DNA from: a virus | Reading direction: 5' to 3' (one strand) | Virus record (IMG/VR): IMGVR_UViG_3300037189_015081 | Location: 32,001 to 96,000 of that record | DNA: 64,000 bases | Shown here: piece after piece, positions 1 through 14,808 of the stretch | Layout of the letters: each line of letters starts with the position of its first letter | Numbering within the stretch: the first letter of the stretch is position 1 | Position numbers and translations under genes: made by a program | The notes under the pieces: model-generated | Database searches by the model: none | Told to the model about the DNA's origin: nothing | What the model saw: the letters and a program-made list of their open reading frames with translations, nothing else

Positions 1-1
1 C

Positions 2-1117
2 ACACCCGCCGATGATGGTACAAAACTAAACATCGCGGGGACGGACCTGATCAACAACTGGTGGGATAAAGGTGGCGGAGGAACACCGTCACAGTACACA
101 TTTTTTAGAGGTGGAGTGCTCTATCCGTTTACACTGTACTACTATGAAAACGGCGGGGCAGCAAACGTCTCCTTCCAGTATCGTCAAACAACCACAAACT
201 GGCAGGTAGTTCCAGCCGCTCTCTTTGCGCAGAACCCTGTCACGACGATCACGTATGAACATGATCCAGAGCTTCTTACCGCGCTTAATTCCCGGCAGTC
301 AGAGTACGAGGCCGCCATTGCTGCAAGAGAGCAGGCCGATGCAGACGTAGCCACGGCTGAGCAAACCCTCAACACGCTCACAGCAACGCTGGCTGATTTA
401 GAACAACAGCTTCTTAGCGCACAGGAAAACCTGGCGGCGGTTCCAGCATACATCGCCCCGGTAATCGTTCCAACACCTGAACCAACACTTGAGCCGATAC
501 CGTCAGTGACGCCGGAGCCAGAGCCGTCACCGACACCGTCACAGGTAGCAACGCCGACCATAGAACCTGTTCCACCGGTGGTGCAGCCAGTTGCCGCACC
601 TGAGCCGGAACCAGCGCCAGCCGCTCCGCAGCCTGTAGAAGCACCAGCAACAACGACAAGCGCTGAACCTGCACCGGTTGCTCCGCTAGAGATCACCATT
701 CCAGAAGACCCGCAGAACATGACCGTGGCAGAAGCAGCAGTCCTAAAAGCTGACGCACTGGCCGTACTCGACAACGCGCAGCCGGGAAGCGAACAATACG
801 ACAAAGCCCTTGAAGCCCTGTACGCCGTCGCGCAGGCTGATGACATCAAGGTTGATCCACAACTAGCGGCTGTCCCGGTTCTTGGAGCCGCACTTAGCGG
901 GGTAGTATACCTTGTCAACTTTGTTGGCAACGTCGGGGCGGACATGTCACCTAAAATGCGTGAAGAGTCCAAGAAAGTAGTCGTGTCCGCCGTTGTCGCC
1001 GGACAGATCGCACAGGTTGCCGCATCCGCGGCCGTAGCAACCACTGGGGGAGCTAGCGGCGGAACCGGCGGGAGCAGCTCGTCCAAGAAATCATCACCAT
1101 CATCAAAAAGGAAGTAA
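2..1117 (+). CDS. 5'-truncated PA14-like domain protein with coiled coil, Pro-rich linker and C-terminal hydrophobic segments
   Basis: Frame is open from base 2. ADDG...NNWWDKGGG...LYYYENGG is PA14-like, followed by PEP repeats and a hydrophobic C-terminus. Confidence 0.7.
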   Translation, partial: TPADDGTKLNIAGTDLINNWWDKGGGGTPSQYTFFRGGVLYPFTLYYYENGGAANVSFQYRQTTTNWQVVPAALFAQNPVTTITYEHDPELLTALNSRQSEYEAAIAAREQADADVATAEQTLNTLTATLADLEQQLLSAQENLAAVPAYIAPVIVPTPEPTLEPIPSVTPEPEPSPTPSQVATPTIEPVPPVVQPVAAPEPEPAPAAPQPVEAPATTTSAEPAPVAPLEITIPEDPQNMTVAEAAVLKADALAVLDNAQPGSEQYDKALEALYAVAQADDIKVDPQLAAVPVLGAALSGVVYLVNFVGNVGADMSPKMREESKKVVVSAVVAGQIAQVAASAAVATTGGASGGTGGSSSSKKSSPSSKRK

Positions 1118-1120
1118 AAA

Positions 1121-1531
1121 ATGTATGAATATCGAGTAAAGTCAGTTCTCAATGTCGTTGACGGCGACACGATCGACGTTGACATCGACCTGGGGTTTGA
1201 CATCTCGCTGACAAAGCGCGTGCGACTCGCGGGCATTGACACGCCGGAATCGCGCACGAGCGACGACAATGAAAAGACCTTTGGTCTTGAAGCCAAAGAG
1301 GTTCTTAAGAAAGCTCTTGAACACGCAAAGGTAGTCGTGATTCGCACTGAACTGCCAGACTCGTCTGAAAAATACGGACGAATTCTTGGCTGGCTCTATA
1401 TCGACGGGGCTCAGGAATCATTCAACAAGACGCTGGTATCGTCTGGGTACGCCTGGGACTACGCTGGTGGAACCAAGGTAAAGGACTTCGAGATTCTTAA
1501 GCAGCGACGTGCCGCTGCAGGTATCAAGTAG
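1121..1531 (+). CDS. Thermonuclease (SNase-like)
   Basis: VVDGDTIDV, RVRLAGIDTPE and EKYGRILG motifs. Confidence 0.9.
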   Translation: MYEYRVKSVLNVVDGDTIDVDIDLGFDISLTKRVRLAGIDTPESRTSDDNEKTFGLEAKEVLKKALEHAKVVVIRTELPDSSEKYGRILGWLYIDGAQESFNKTLVSSGYAWDYAGGTKVKDFEILKQRRAAAGIK

Positions 1532-1545
1532 AAGCGAGGATAATC

Positions 1546-1743
1546 ATGAAAAAAATTGCAGCATTCTTTAAGGACCTGTTCAAGGACCTGGTTGACCAGG
1601 CTTGGACGCTACTCGGTCTCGCCATTGCGTACCTCGTTCTTGAAGGTTCGGCACGGACACTTACCGGAAACCTCATTCTTATCACTCTAGGGATCTGGGT
1701 TCTCACATTCCCGTTGCGACGCGATAAAAACGACCTCGAATAG
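1546..1743 (+). CDS. Small two-TM membrane protein
   Basis: GAGG RBS and two hydrophobic helices. Confidence 0.65.
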   Translation: MKKIAAFFKDLFKDLVDQAWTLLGLAIAYLVLEGSARTLTGNLILITLGIWVLTFPLRRDKNDLE

Positions 1744-1785
1744 TTCTCGCGCCTGGCGCGATAAAATAGCATCAAGGAGACAAAC

Positions 1786-1866
1786 ATGACTCTGTCGTTA
1801 AGTAAAACTATTACCGTAGCGGCTAAAGCAGCGTGCGGAGAAACCTGCACCTGCGGTAAAAAGTAG
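1786..1866 (+). CDS. 26-aa Cys-rich micropeptide (MTLSLSKTITVAAKAACGETCTCGKK)
   Basis: TAAAAT -10 and AAGGAG RBS upstream; the stop abuts the next gene. Not in the ORF track. Confidence 0.5.
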   Translation: MTLSLSKTITVAAKAACGETCTCGKK

Positions 1867-1867
1867 C

Positions 1868-2050
1868 GTGGCGTACCATAGCGAGGACAGAACCACTGTT
1901 CTTCGTGAGCTACTTGCCTTGGTCCAGGAAAAGGACTCGCAGGGCGACATCATAGCGGCCGAGGTTCTTATCTGGGCTTTCCGGCGGCTAGTCGGAGATC
2001 CAACAGACCCTAATAAGTACCCTGAAACGAAAGACAACTATGGCAACTAA
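1868..2050 (+). CDS. Hypothetical protein
   Basis: Packed between neighbours and overlaps the thioredoxin start. Confidence 0.5.
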   Translation: MAYHSEDRTTVLRELLALVQEKDSQGDIIAAEVLIWAFRRLVGDPTDPNKYPETKDNYGN

Positions 2051-2363
2051 AATAGCCAGCACCGAGACATTTGACGATCTAGTACTGCGCGCCGACAAGC
2101 CCGTTCTCGTTGACTTCTGGGCAGAGTGGTGCGGTCCGTGCCGCGCACTAGCTCCAATTCTTGATCAAATCGCTGAAGAGCACGGTGACAAGATCAAAAT
2201 TGTAAAAGTAAACGTTGACGACAACCCGGAACTTGGCTCGCGATACCGGGTAACGTCCTTGCCGATGATGAAGGTCATTGTCCAGGGTGAAGTCGCTAAA
2301 ACAATTCCAGGGGTCAAACCCAAACACGTGCTAGAATTTGAACTAGCAGATTTCATCCAATAG
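2040..2363 (+). CDS. trxA: Thioredoxin
   Basis: VDFWAEWCGPC active site; 107 aa. Confidence 0.95.
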   Translation: MATKIASTETFDDLVLRADKPVLVDFWAEWCGPCRALAPILDQIAEEHGDKIKIVKVNVDDNPELGSRYRVTSLPMMKVIVQGEVAKTIPGVKPKHVLEFELADFIQ

Positions 2364-2416
2364 GAGAGACTGCGTAAGAGCCGGTTATCGAATACGATTT
2401 CCGGCTCTTCTCCTAT
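2360..2416 (+). terminator. Stem-loop after thioredoxin
   Basis: AAGAGCCGG...CCGGCTCTT flanked by TAGGAGA...TCTCCTA. Confidence 0.5.
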
Positions 2417-2454
2417 TAGAATTGACCAATACGTCATGACGATAGGACTAAAAA

Positions 2455-3513
2455 ATGAAGGTTGCCGTTTACACCATCGCTCTAAATGAGGCGGCGCATG
2501 TTGAGCGCTGGTACGAATCTTCACGTGACGCTGACTATCATCTGATTCTCGACACTGGATCCACAGATGACACGGTACAGATCGCTCGTGATCTCGGGAT
2601 AACCGTACTCGAGGCACGTGTTTTTCCGTGGAGATTTGACCTGGCTAGAAACACGGCAATGGCGCTGTTGCCGAGCGACATTGACTACTGCGTCTCAATG
2701 GACATGGACGAGATTCTTATGCCAGGGTGGCGTTCTGAATTAGAAAAGGCGTATGAGGCAGGTGCAACACTTGCACGGCTAATGTTTACGTTCTCCTTTA
2801 ATCCAGACGGTACTCCAGGGTTTCAGTTTGGCGCAAGCCGTATTCACGCTAGAAACGGTTACATTTGGAAGTACCCGATCCACGAGGTGATAGCGCCGTA
2901 CCAGATTGAAGAGAAGCAGTTCTGGACTGGTATAGAAATGCAACACCACCCGGACAGGACAAAGTCTAGAGAACAGTACATGCCCATGCTCGAGGCTGCG
3001 GTACGGAGTGACCCGCTAGATGCACGCCTCTCCTTCTACTATGGTCGTGAACTTATGTATCACGGCAGGAACCGCGAGGCGGTACAGGAGCTGGAGCGAT
3101 TCCTGTCTCTCCCAACAGCAACATGGGTTGGTGACCGATCCGATGCCATGCTCTACATATCAAAGTGCGTCGCTGACCCGGTCGAGGCTCGCCAATGGGT
3201 GTCGATGTCTATCCGAGAAACACCTGATAGACGCGAAGGGTACGTTCGCATGGCGCTACTGTGCTATCACTCTGGAGAGTACCGTGAGGCTCTGAACTAC
3301 GCCGAGCGCGCGATAGCCATAACTGATAGACCGCTACAGTACATGTGCGAAGAATGGGCGTGGAACTGGGAGCTATGGGACGTGGCCGCGATCTCAGCCT
3401 GGTGCATTGGTGAAAAGGAAAAGGCCGTACAGTACGGAGAAATCGCACTGGATCTCGGGCCGCATGTTCCACGTCTACACGAAAACATGAAATACTACTC
3501 GGGTAAGGTCTAG
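2455..3513 (+). CDS. Glycosyltransferase family 2 with TPR-like C-terminus
   Basis: VYTIALNE, DTGSTD, FDLARN, DMDE (DxD) and IHE motifs; helical repeats such as FYYGRE. Confidence 0.85.
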   Translation: MKVAVYTIALNEAAHVERWYESSRDADYHLILDTGSTDDTVQIARDLGITVLEARVFPWRFDLARNTAMALLPSDIDYCVSMDMDEILMPGWRSELEKAYEAGATLARLMFTFSFNPDGTPGFQFGASRIHARNGYIWKYPIHEVIAPYQIEEKQFWTGIEMQHHPDRTKSREQYMPMLEAAVRSDPLDARLSFYYGRELMYHGRNREAVQELERFLSLPTATWVGDRSDAMLYISKCVADPVEARQWVSMSIRETPDRREGYVRMALLCYHSGEYREALNYAERAIAITDRPLQYMCEEWAWNWELWDVAAISAWCIGEKEKAVQYGEIALDLGPHVPRLHENMKYYSGKV

Positions 3514-3559
3514 TATCTCCAGGTAAAATAGATTGCAGGCGCGTGAGATTGAGGTTGGC

Positions 3560-3904
3560 GTGGCATTTCCTGCATCTGTACCGGTGTTGAAGATTTACAA
3601 GGGTGATACCTTCAATGCCTCTTTTGTGCTGAAAAGTAACGACGAACCAATCGACTTTGTTGCTCAGGGATGGACCACCTGGACAGCTCAATGGCGTGAA
3701 ACAAAAACAGCGACGGCTTCTGTACCGTTCATTGTTGACGCGTCACAGTCAAACATCGGGCGCATCAAGATCACTATGACGGCCATGAACACTCGCAGCG
3801 TGAAAAAAGGATACTGGGATATACAGGCAATCCGCGGTGAAGAAGTAAAAACATGGCTACGCGGTGACGTACTCACGGACGGGGACGTTACGCGTGGTAG
3901 TTAA
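3560..3904 (+). CDS. Putative virion/tail-fibre adaptor protein
   Basis: IYKGDTF...WDIQ...TWLRG.V pattern is typical of small phage baseplate/fibre-attachment proteins. GTG start after GAGG. Confidence 0.55.
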   Translation: MAFPASVPVLKIYKGDTFNASFVLKSNDEPIDFVAQGWTTWTAQWRETKTATASVPFIVDASQSNIGRIKITMTAMNTRSVKKGYWDIQAIRGEEVKTWLRGDVLTDGDVTRGS

Positions 3905-4340
3905 GTCGATAAAAAACGGCGATGAAGTCGTCGTCGAGGTTGTTGAGACACAGGTAGTAGAGGTCGAGGTATCCTCTGAGGTATCAGTAGTAGAGGTTGC
4001 CACTGGTGTAATTGGACCAGTCGGACAGACAGGTCCAACGGGTCCGATCGGACCTCAAGGTGTAACAGGCCCAACAGGTAGTACTGGACCGACTGGTGCC
4101 ACTGGTGCTACAGGGCCTGGAGTTACCCCAGAGGAAGTCATCGCGATTACCTCGTATACTCACAGCCAGCTTGCTCCTTTTTCTACTTGGACCATAACCC
4201 ACAATCTTGGTTTTCAACCCAACGTCACCGTCTTTGACACCGCATTGACGATGATCGAGGGCAATGTCGTACACAATAGCGCCAACTCACTAACCATTCA
4301 GTTTTCAGCGGCAATCTCTGGAAGCGCAGTTCTATCCTAA
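3894..4340 (+). CDS. Short collagen-like virion protein
   Basis: G-X-T repeats and a WTITHNLG C-terminal domain. Confidence 0.7.
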   Translation: MVVKSIKNGDEVVVEVVETQVVEVEVSSEVSVVEVATGVIGPVGQTGPTGPIGPQGVTGPTGSTGPTGATGATGPGVTPEEVIAITSYTHSQLAPFSTWTITHNLGFQPNVTVFDTALTMIEGNVVHNSANSLTIQFSAAISGSAVLS

Positions 4341-4349
4341 GGAAAGAAA

Positions 4350-6095
4350 ATGTCACGTAATTTTCTAACTAGCATCAATCTGAACAAGAACGAACTGCTA
4401 AACGCAGCGATTCAGAGCCTTGCTTATGAGCCAAACAGCCCGTCAATCGGTCAAATCTATTTTGATACCGCCATGAACCACCTGCGCCAGTGGGACGGTA
4501 CTCAGTGGCTTGAGTACCTAACCGCTGAATCGGGTGCTGGTTACATTACCTCTGTTGGTAGCAACCTGAGCGTTACTGACCAGCAGCTTGATCTGGGTGA
4601 AAAGGTAGTAATCACTGACGCTACTCAGACCCTGTCTAATAAAACCGTAGATGGCGCAAAGGTTACAGGAACCACGTCATTCCGCGATGGTTCTGACACT
4701 GAGTACGTAAAGATTGAGCAGTCATACACGGGTACAACCCGCGTCACCTCTGTAGATGACATCGCCATCCGCTCGACTGGCGGTGACGTAATCCTTTACC
4801 CAGGTAATGATGACGGCGGCCCTGGTCGCGCCTATGTCCACTGGGGTAATGACGCCACTGGATCAAACCCGCAGAACGAAATTACAACCGCTGGAAATAC
4901 CCAGACTCTTACCAACAAGACCATTGATAACGGTATTGTAACTGGCACCACATCGTTCCGTGACGCGAGCAACAATGAGGGACTTACTATCGATGTTTCT
5001 AACATCGGTACTGCTCACCTTATCGCTGCAGACGACCTCTCGCTTCGTGCAACTAATGACATCGTTCTCTACCCGGGCAACGATGCTGGCGGCGGACACA
5101 CTGGTAAGGCGTACATCCACTGGGGTAACGACTCCACAGACGCACACCCGGAGCGCGAGATCGCTACTGTGGGTACTAGCCAGACCTTCGACAGCAAGAC
5201 CCTCACCAACACTACTCTTGGTGATGACCTTGACGCCGCATCCACATACCGAGTAGTGAACCTGCTTGATCCCACAAATCCACAGGATGCTGCTACTAAG
5301 GCGTACGTTGACGCCACAGCTCAGGGGCTTTCGGTTCTTGGTTCAGTGCGCACCGCGACTGGTGTAAACATTGACATTACCGCGAACGCTTCGAGCCCAA
5401 TTAGTGGAGTAACGCTTGCCAATGGCGACCGTGTTCTTGTTAAAGCACAGGATACCGCCACTGAAAACGGTATTTACATCTACAACTCTGGTTCACAAAC
5501 CCTTGTAGCGTCAACCGTTCCTTCAGACACAGGGATCAAGGAGGGTTCCTACGTCCTCGTTGAGGAAGGCGCCTATGCTGCTCAGGGTTGGATCGTAACC
5601 GCGTTCTCTGCTGGTGCTTCTACTTGGACGCAGTTCTCTGCCGCGGGTGAGTACACCTCTGGTTATGGAATTGACATTAACGGTCAAGTAATCAGTGTTC
5701 TTTTGGACTCGGATAGCCTTTCATTGTCAGGTGATGGTCTACGGGTCAACTACCACACCGATGGTGGTCTTGACAACGACAGTGGTCTTTACGTAAAGAC
5801 TGGCACTGGTGTAACAATTGACAACAGCGGAAACGTCGCCCTTGACACAAACAACGGTTACGGTGTTCGCAAGGTTGCTACAAACAACAGCGCTCTTACC
5901 GCGTCTGGTGGTCAGGTTACGTGGGTTGTTACCCACAACCTGGGAACACAGGACGTCACCGTTCAACTTCGCGACCTAGCCACGAACGCCCTTGTCGAGG
6001 TTGACGTTGTGCTGACAAGCAGCAACGCAGCTACTCTTTCATGGGTTTCAGAGGACGTCAATGCTGATTCCTACCGTGTCGTCATTGTAGGATAG
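4350..6095 (+). CDS. Tail fibre/structural protein with internal duplication
   Basis: TQTLTNKT repeats, DPTNPQDAATKAYVD, GDRVLVKAQ..ENGIY and C-terminal VTHNLGT.DV.VQ. Confidence 0.75.
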   Translation: MSRNFLTSINLNKNELLNAAIQSLAYEPNSPSIGQIYFDTAMNHLRQWDGTQWLEYLTAESGAGYITSVGSNLSVTDQQLDLGEKVVITDATQTLSNKTVDGAKVTGTTSFRDGSDTEYVKIEQSYTGTTRVTSVDDIAIRSTGGDVILYPGNDDGGPGRAYVHWGNDATGSNPQNEITTAGNTQTLTNKTIDNGIVTGTTSFRDASNNEGLTIDVSNIGTAHLIAADDLSLRATNDIVLYPGNDAGGGHTGKAYIHWGNDSTDAHPEREIATVGTSQTFDSKTLTNTTLGDDLDAASTYRVVNLLDPTNPQDAATKAYVDATAQGLSVLGSVRTATGVNIDITANASSPISGVTLANGDRVLVKAQDTATENGIYIYNSGSQTLVASTVPSDTGIKEGSYVLVEEGAYAAQGWIVTAFSAGASTWTQFSAAGEYTSGYGIDINGQVISVLLDSDSLSLSGDGLRVNYHTDGGLDNDSGLYVKTGTGVTIDNSGNVALDTNNGYGVRKVATNNSALTASGGQVTWVVTHNLGTQDVTVQLRDLATNALVEVDVVLTSSNAATLSWVSEDVNADSYRVVIVG

Positions 6096-6140
6096 TAATA
6101 CCGCTCCACGTATTTTACCGACACCACTACAGGACGCGAC

Positions 6141-7481
<1,341 letters not shown>

Positions 7482-7491
7482 GAGATAAACA

Positions 7492-8448
7492 ATGGTTTAT
7501 TACGAACCCACATACGCCTCATCGGCAACACCTGCCGTTGACGTTATGAACGACATGCAGACCAAGATGGTTGCTGGTGGCTGGACTTTTGTTGAGACCT
7601 TTACGTCTGGTACAGATGTCACGGACGTTTACAAGTCCCCCGCTGCGAGTAACTCTCTTGCTATGGATTACTTTATCTACCTCAACAGAACAGCTACAAC
7701 TGCCACCGTTGTCACAGTTGGAATTTCCGAGCAGTATGACTCAACGGGTAAAAAAGCCCTAAAGTACGCCACTAACGTGTTGACTTCTCTAACTCCTAAC
7801 CCCACAGACTTTACTGTAAACGATACTGGTGTCGTGCTTAACGGAGCATCTGCACTAAACAAAATTACGCTGTTCTCTCTTGCACTAAACACCGCCCGAG
7901 CATTTAGCATCAATATAACTCCAGAAAGAGTTATGGTAACCTCTCAGACTCTAGCAACGGCAGGAACAGCAAACGGTGCCTACGTAGGCATCTTTGACGC
8001 TAGCTCCACTGCATGGACCGTATGTCTCGGAGTTGTAACCTTTACCATGAGCTCCACAAGCCCTTCTTCTGGTGCCACGTGGGGGGCTGTAACAAGGGCA
8101 CCAAATAGACCTGCAGGTATCAACTTGTTTCAAGCGTTCCAATCTACGTACAACTGGGTTCAGGGTATTTTTAGAAACGGGACCGCATCCTCGCCGACTT
8201 TCACCGACACCTACGGCGGCACAGTTATTGGTCGACTAGGGATGACAACATACCCGTCATATACCGACACGGGAGTTCCCCCAGCAGGAGTGTTTAAAGA
8301 CCTCATAATTACAACACAAGGTGGTGCCAACACTCTTGGAGGAGATACGCTCGCAGTTACTTACGGCTCAACAACCCTTAACTATTTTAGTCTTGGAAAG
8401 AGTACCACTCACGGTACTGTATACAGCTGCTGGTTCCCAAAGCAGTAG
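7492..8448 (+). CDS. Putative virion structural protein
   Basis: AGGAG RBS; Thr/Ser/Gly-rich; lies within the fibre cluster. Confidence 0.6.
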   Translation: MVYYEPTYASSATPAVDVMNDMQTKMVAGGWTFVETFTSGTDVTDVYKSPAASNSLAMDYFIYLNRTATTATVVTVGISEQYDSTGKKALKYATNVLTSLTPNPTDFTVNDTGVVLNGASALNKITLFSLALNTARAFSINITPERVMVTSQTLATAGTANGAYVGIFDASSTAWTVCLGVVTFTMSSTSPSSGATWGAVTRAPNRPAGINLFQAFQSTYNWVQGIFRNGTASSPTFTDTYGGTVIGRLGMTTYPSYTDTGVPPAGVFKDLIITTQGGANTLGGDTLAVTYGSTTLNYFSLGKSTTHGTVYSCWFPKQ

Positions 8449-8454
8449 GTATTT

Positions 8455-8685
8455 ATGACAGCATATACCGCCACCGTTCCAGCAGGCGCTCTCGCCTCTC
8501 CTTTTGCGAGGGTCAGTGCTTTAAGATACTCCCCAGCAGGAGCAACAACCACTTATACGTTTGTTTCTCACGCATACTCAGCTCCAGTTAGTATTCGCTC
8601 TCCGCATCTTGCCTTTCAAAAAGCGGCGCAGTCAACTACGGTTCCAAGTATTCCAATACAGACAACAATACCCAAACTACCTTAA
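8455..8685 (+). CDS. Hypothetical protein
   Basis: Operon packing with RBS. Confidence 0.5.
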   Translation: MTAYTATVPAGALASPFARVSALRYSPAGATTTYTFVSHAYSAPVSIRSPHLAFQKAAQSTTVPSIPIQTTIPKLP

Positions 8686-8694
8686 GGAAAACAC

Positions 8695-8925
8695 ATGTAC
8701 ACAGCAGGATACGGAGACTCCCCTACCGAGCCCACCGAACAGAAAAGCTTTAAGACCCGTGAAGAGGCGCAGGCCTGGCTCGACGAGATCATTCCTACTC
8801 TTCCAGAGCAGACACTCGTCTCTGAGGAAATCCCCGAGACAGTTGTTGACGGAAACGTGGTTCCCGCAGTTCCAGCAGTCTACGAGTGCTCTTGGTGCGC
8901 CTGGATCTCAAACGACGACGCGTAA
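8695..8925 (+). CDS. Hypothetical acidic protein
   Basis: AAGGA RBS. Confidence 0.6.
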   Translation: MYTAGYGDSPTEPTEQKSFKTREEAQAWLDEIIPTLPEQTLVSEEIPETVVDGNVVPAVPAVYECSWCAWISNDDA

Positions 8926-8954
8926 ACTCGTCAACAAAACAATAACAGAGATAA

Positions 8955-12401
<3,447 letters not shown>

Positions 12402-12410
12402 GATTAAAAA

Positions 12411-13346
12411 ATGTCAGTAGCAAAATACTATGATACGGTCTCTGGTACCTGGAAACCAATCATCACCGGACCGATCGGCCCTACCGGTGCGACCGGTGCG
12501 ACCGGTGCGACAGGCGGCACTGGCGCGACAGGTGCAACAGGTAGCACCCCGACCTCGATCTATAATGTAACGATCGCGCCAACAAGCGGTGTACGCATGG
12601 GTGACCAGTGGCTCGACCCGAACACGGGTAACCTGTTCACGTACTACACTGACGCAAATACTAGCCAGTGGATACAGATGGCGTCTGGGCTTTCTGGTAG
12701 CACGGATATTCGTGGTCGCGTAGGCTCCTTGGAAACTCGTGCAACCTCCATTGAATCGGTCAACACCACACAGGATGGTCGCCTAACATCGCTTGAAACG
12801 GCGGACTCCACTACCAATAAGTCAGGGCTTGTACCAATCATCCCGACAAGTGTGGCGGTAGGTTCCGGTACCGCGTCAGTTTCCTCCTCCGGAGTAGTAA
12901 CATTTACCGGTGCGTCAACGGTTTTACTAAACGGTGTGTTTAGTTCCACGTACAAAAACTATAAAATCTTTGCATCATTCCCTTCCGCGACAAACGCATA
13001 TGTCACCAACCAGTTGCAAATGAGATTCTCTACAGCTGGAACTGTAAACTCCACGAGCAACTACACGTGGACCGGGTTTTATACGCAGTCCGGCACGAGC
13101 GGTAACAATGGTGGAACAGGCACAGCTCAATCATACGGTGTGCTTAACTTTACCGCCGATGCGGAATGGACTGTTTACGGTCCGTTTGATTCCTCTAGGG
13201 GTACTGAAGTAGCGGTTTTAAGCATATATGCACACACAGCTGTTCTTGGGGAAGCGGGCTACAACGCCGCGGCATCATTTGATGGTATCCAGCTTCTCGG
13301 TAACACGTACACAGGCGCACTTCAGGTCTATGGATTGAGGAACTAA
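12411..13346 (+). CDS. Tail fibre protein
   Basis: Short collagen tract, GDQWLD module, coiled coil, LNGVFSSTYKNYKI...FDGIQL...VYG C-terminal domain. Confidence 0.75.
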   Translation: MSVAKYYDTVSGTWKPIITGPIGPTGATGATGATGGTGATGATGSTPTSIYNVTIAPTSGVRMGDQWLDPNTGNLFTYYTDANTSQWIQMASGLSGSTDIRGRVGSLETRATSIESVNTTQDGRLTSLETADSTTNKSGLVPIIPTSVAVGSGTASVSSSGVVTFTGASTVLLNGVFSSTYKNYKIFASFPSATNAYVTNQLQMRFSTAGTVNSTSNYTWTGFYTQSGTSGNNGGTGTAQSYGVLNFTADAEWTVYGPFDSSRGTEVAVLSIYAHTAVLGEAGYNAAASFDGIQLLGNTYTGALQVYGLRN

Positions 13347-13348
13347 AC

Positions 13349-13567
13349 ATGGAAATAGAAGAAATCACCCCTGACGATTCTGTCGCCCCGGTCTACCTGA
13401 TCCCTCCTACCGAGGAGGAGATCGCTGAACTCGAGCAATGGGCCGCAGAGTCCGAGGCTCGCCTGGCCGCGGAGGAACTACGCGTCGCCGCGCGCGCAAG
13501 CGCCCTTGATAAACTCGCCAAACTTGGGCTCACCGAGGACGAGGCAAAGGCGGTGATTGGTCTCTAA
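13349..13567 (+). CDS. Small acidic protein, possible fibre chaperone
   Basis: Follows a fibre gene; ends ASALDKLAKLGLTEDEA. Confidence 0.6.
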   Translation: MEIEEITPDDSVAPVYLIPPTEEEIAELEQWAAESEARLAAEELRVAARASALDKLAKLGLTEDEAKAVIGL

Positions 13568-14799
13568 TGGCACTAGACTTCCCTTCATCACCGACCAATG
13601 GTCAGGTATATGACAAGTACACCTGGGACTCAACCAAGGGCGTATGGACGATTAACTCGTCTATTGTGACGACAATGACTGCGTCCGACGCTCCGCCGTC
13701 CAGCCCTAATCCGGGTGACGCATGGTTTGAGTCCTCGACAGGTTCCGTGTTCGTTTACTATTCCGATGCCGACTCCAGTCAGTGGGTGCAGGCAACCTCG
13801 GCGTATGGTACCTCGTACACTCAGCTAGAGTACAGCTCACCCAACTATGTCATCAATGGCGCGTTCGATATCTGGCAGCGCTGGACAGGTACCGCGTTCG
13901 CATCCGCCGGGTACACCGCGGACCGGTGGGCTATCGTTGCCGCTAGCGGTCAAACCGTTTCCGTTTCCCAACAAGCCTTTACTCCCGGGACTGCACCTGT
14001 CGCCGGGTATGAGAGTAGCTATTTTTGTCGCATGGCGTGGACGGGTACACCTTCAGGGTACTTCTGGTTCACGCAACGCGTCGAGGATGTTCGCACACTG
14101 GCAGGGCAAACAGCAACCCTGTCGTTCTGGGCAAAGGCCGGTACAGCCACGTCCGCGTTTACACCGGTAATTGAACAAAACTTTGGTTCAGGTGGTTCAA
14201 GTGTTGTGCAAACTGTTGGCACCGCGATTTCGTTGACAACGTCGTGGCAACGCTACTCGGTGACGTTTAATATCCCCAGCATCACTGGTAAAACCATTGG
14301 TACAAGCTCCTACCTCGACGTTCGCCCGCTATATAGCAGCTCGACAGGTGTATCAGCGAACAACATTGACATCTGGGGTGTACAATTAGAGTATGGTTCC
14401 ACGCCCACGACGTTCCGTCGCAACGCAAACTCGCTGCAAGGTGAACTTGCAGCTTGTCAGCGGTATTACTGGCGCTGGTCTGCTACTGCCGCAAACACAA
14501 GCGAGTCGGTTATTGCTCAGGGCGTTTTCAACGGAACCAATAACGCACGAATCTTTATGCCGCTACCCGTGGAAATGCGAAGCGGAACTTTGTCGGTCGC
14601 CCAATCCGGAATTGTTGTTGGCGACCAAACTATCGCTTCAGCCACCCCAAACTCTTTCGCAACAGACAACTCAAGAAACACTACCAAAACAGTTCAGTTT
14701 GTTGTTGGTTGGGCTTCTCCCACATTTACAACAAGATACCCTGCTTTTATCTTTAACTCTACAACTTCCTCTTGGATAGAAGTTTCAGCGGAACTATAA
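13567..14799 (+). CDS. Tail fibre, paralogous to the C-terminus of 8964-12401
   Basis: MALDFPSSPTNGQ start; NYVINGAFDIWQR...ELAACQRYY...SAEL. Confidence 0.8.
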   Translation: MALDFPSSPTNGQVYDKYTWDSTKGVWTINSSIVTTMTASDAPPSSPNPGDAWFESSTGSVFVYYSDADSSQWVQATSAYGTSYTQLEYSSPNYVINGAFDIWQRWTGTAFASAGYTADRWAIVAASGQTVSVSQQAFTPGTAPVAGYESSYFCRMAWTGTPSGYFWFTQRVEDVRTLAGQTATLSFWAKAGTATSAFTPVIEQNFGSGGSSVVQTVGTAISLTTSWQRYSVTFNIPSITGKTIGTSSYLDVRPLYSSSTGVSANNIDIWGVQLEYGSTPTTFRRNANSLQGELAACQRYYWRWSATAANTSESVIAQGVFNGTNNARIFMPLPVEMRSGTLSVAQSGIVVGDQTIASATPNSFATDNSRNTTKTVQFVVGWASPTFTTRYPAFIFNSTTSSWIEVSAEL

Positions 14800-14808
14800 G
14801 GATGATTA

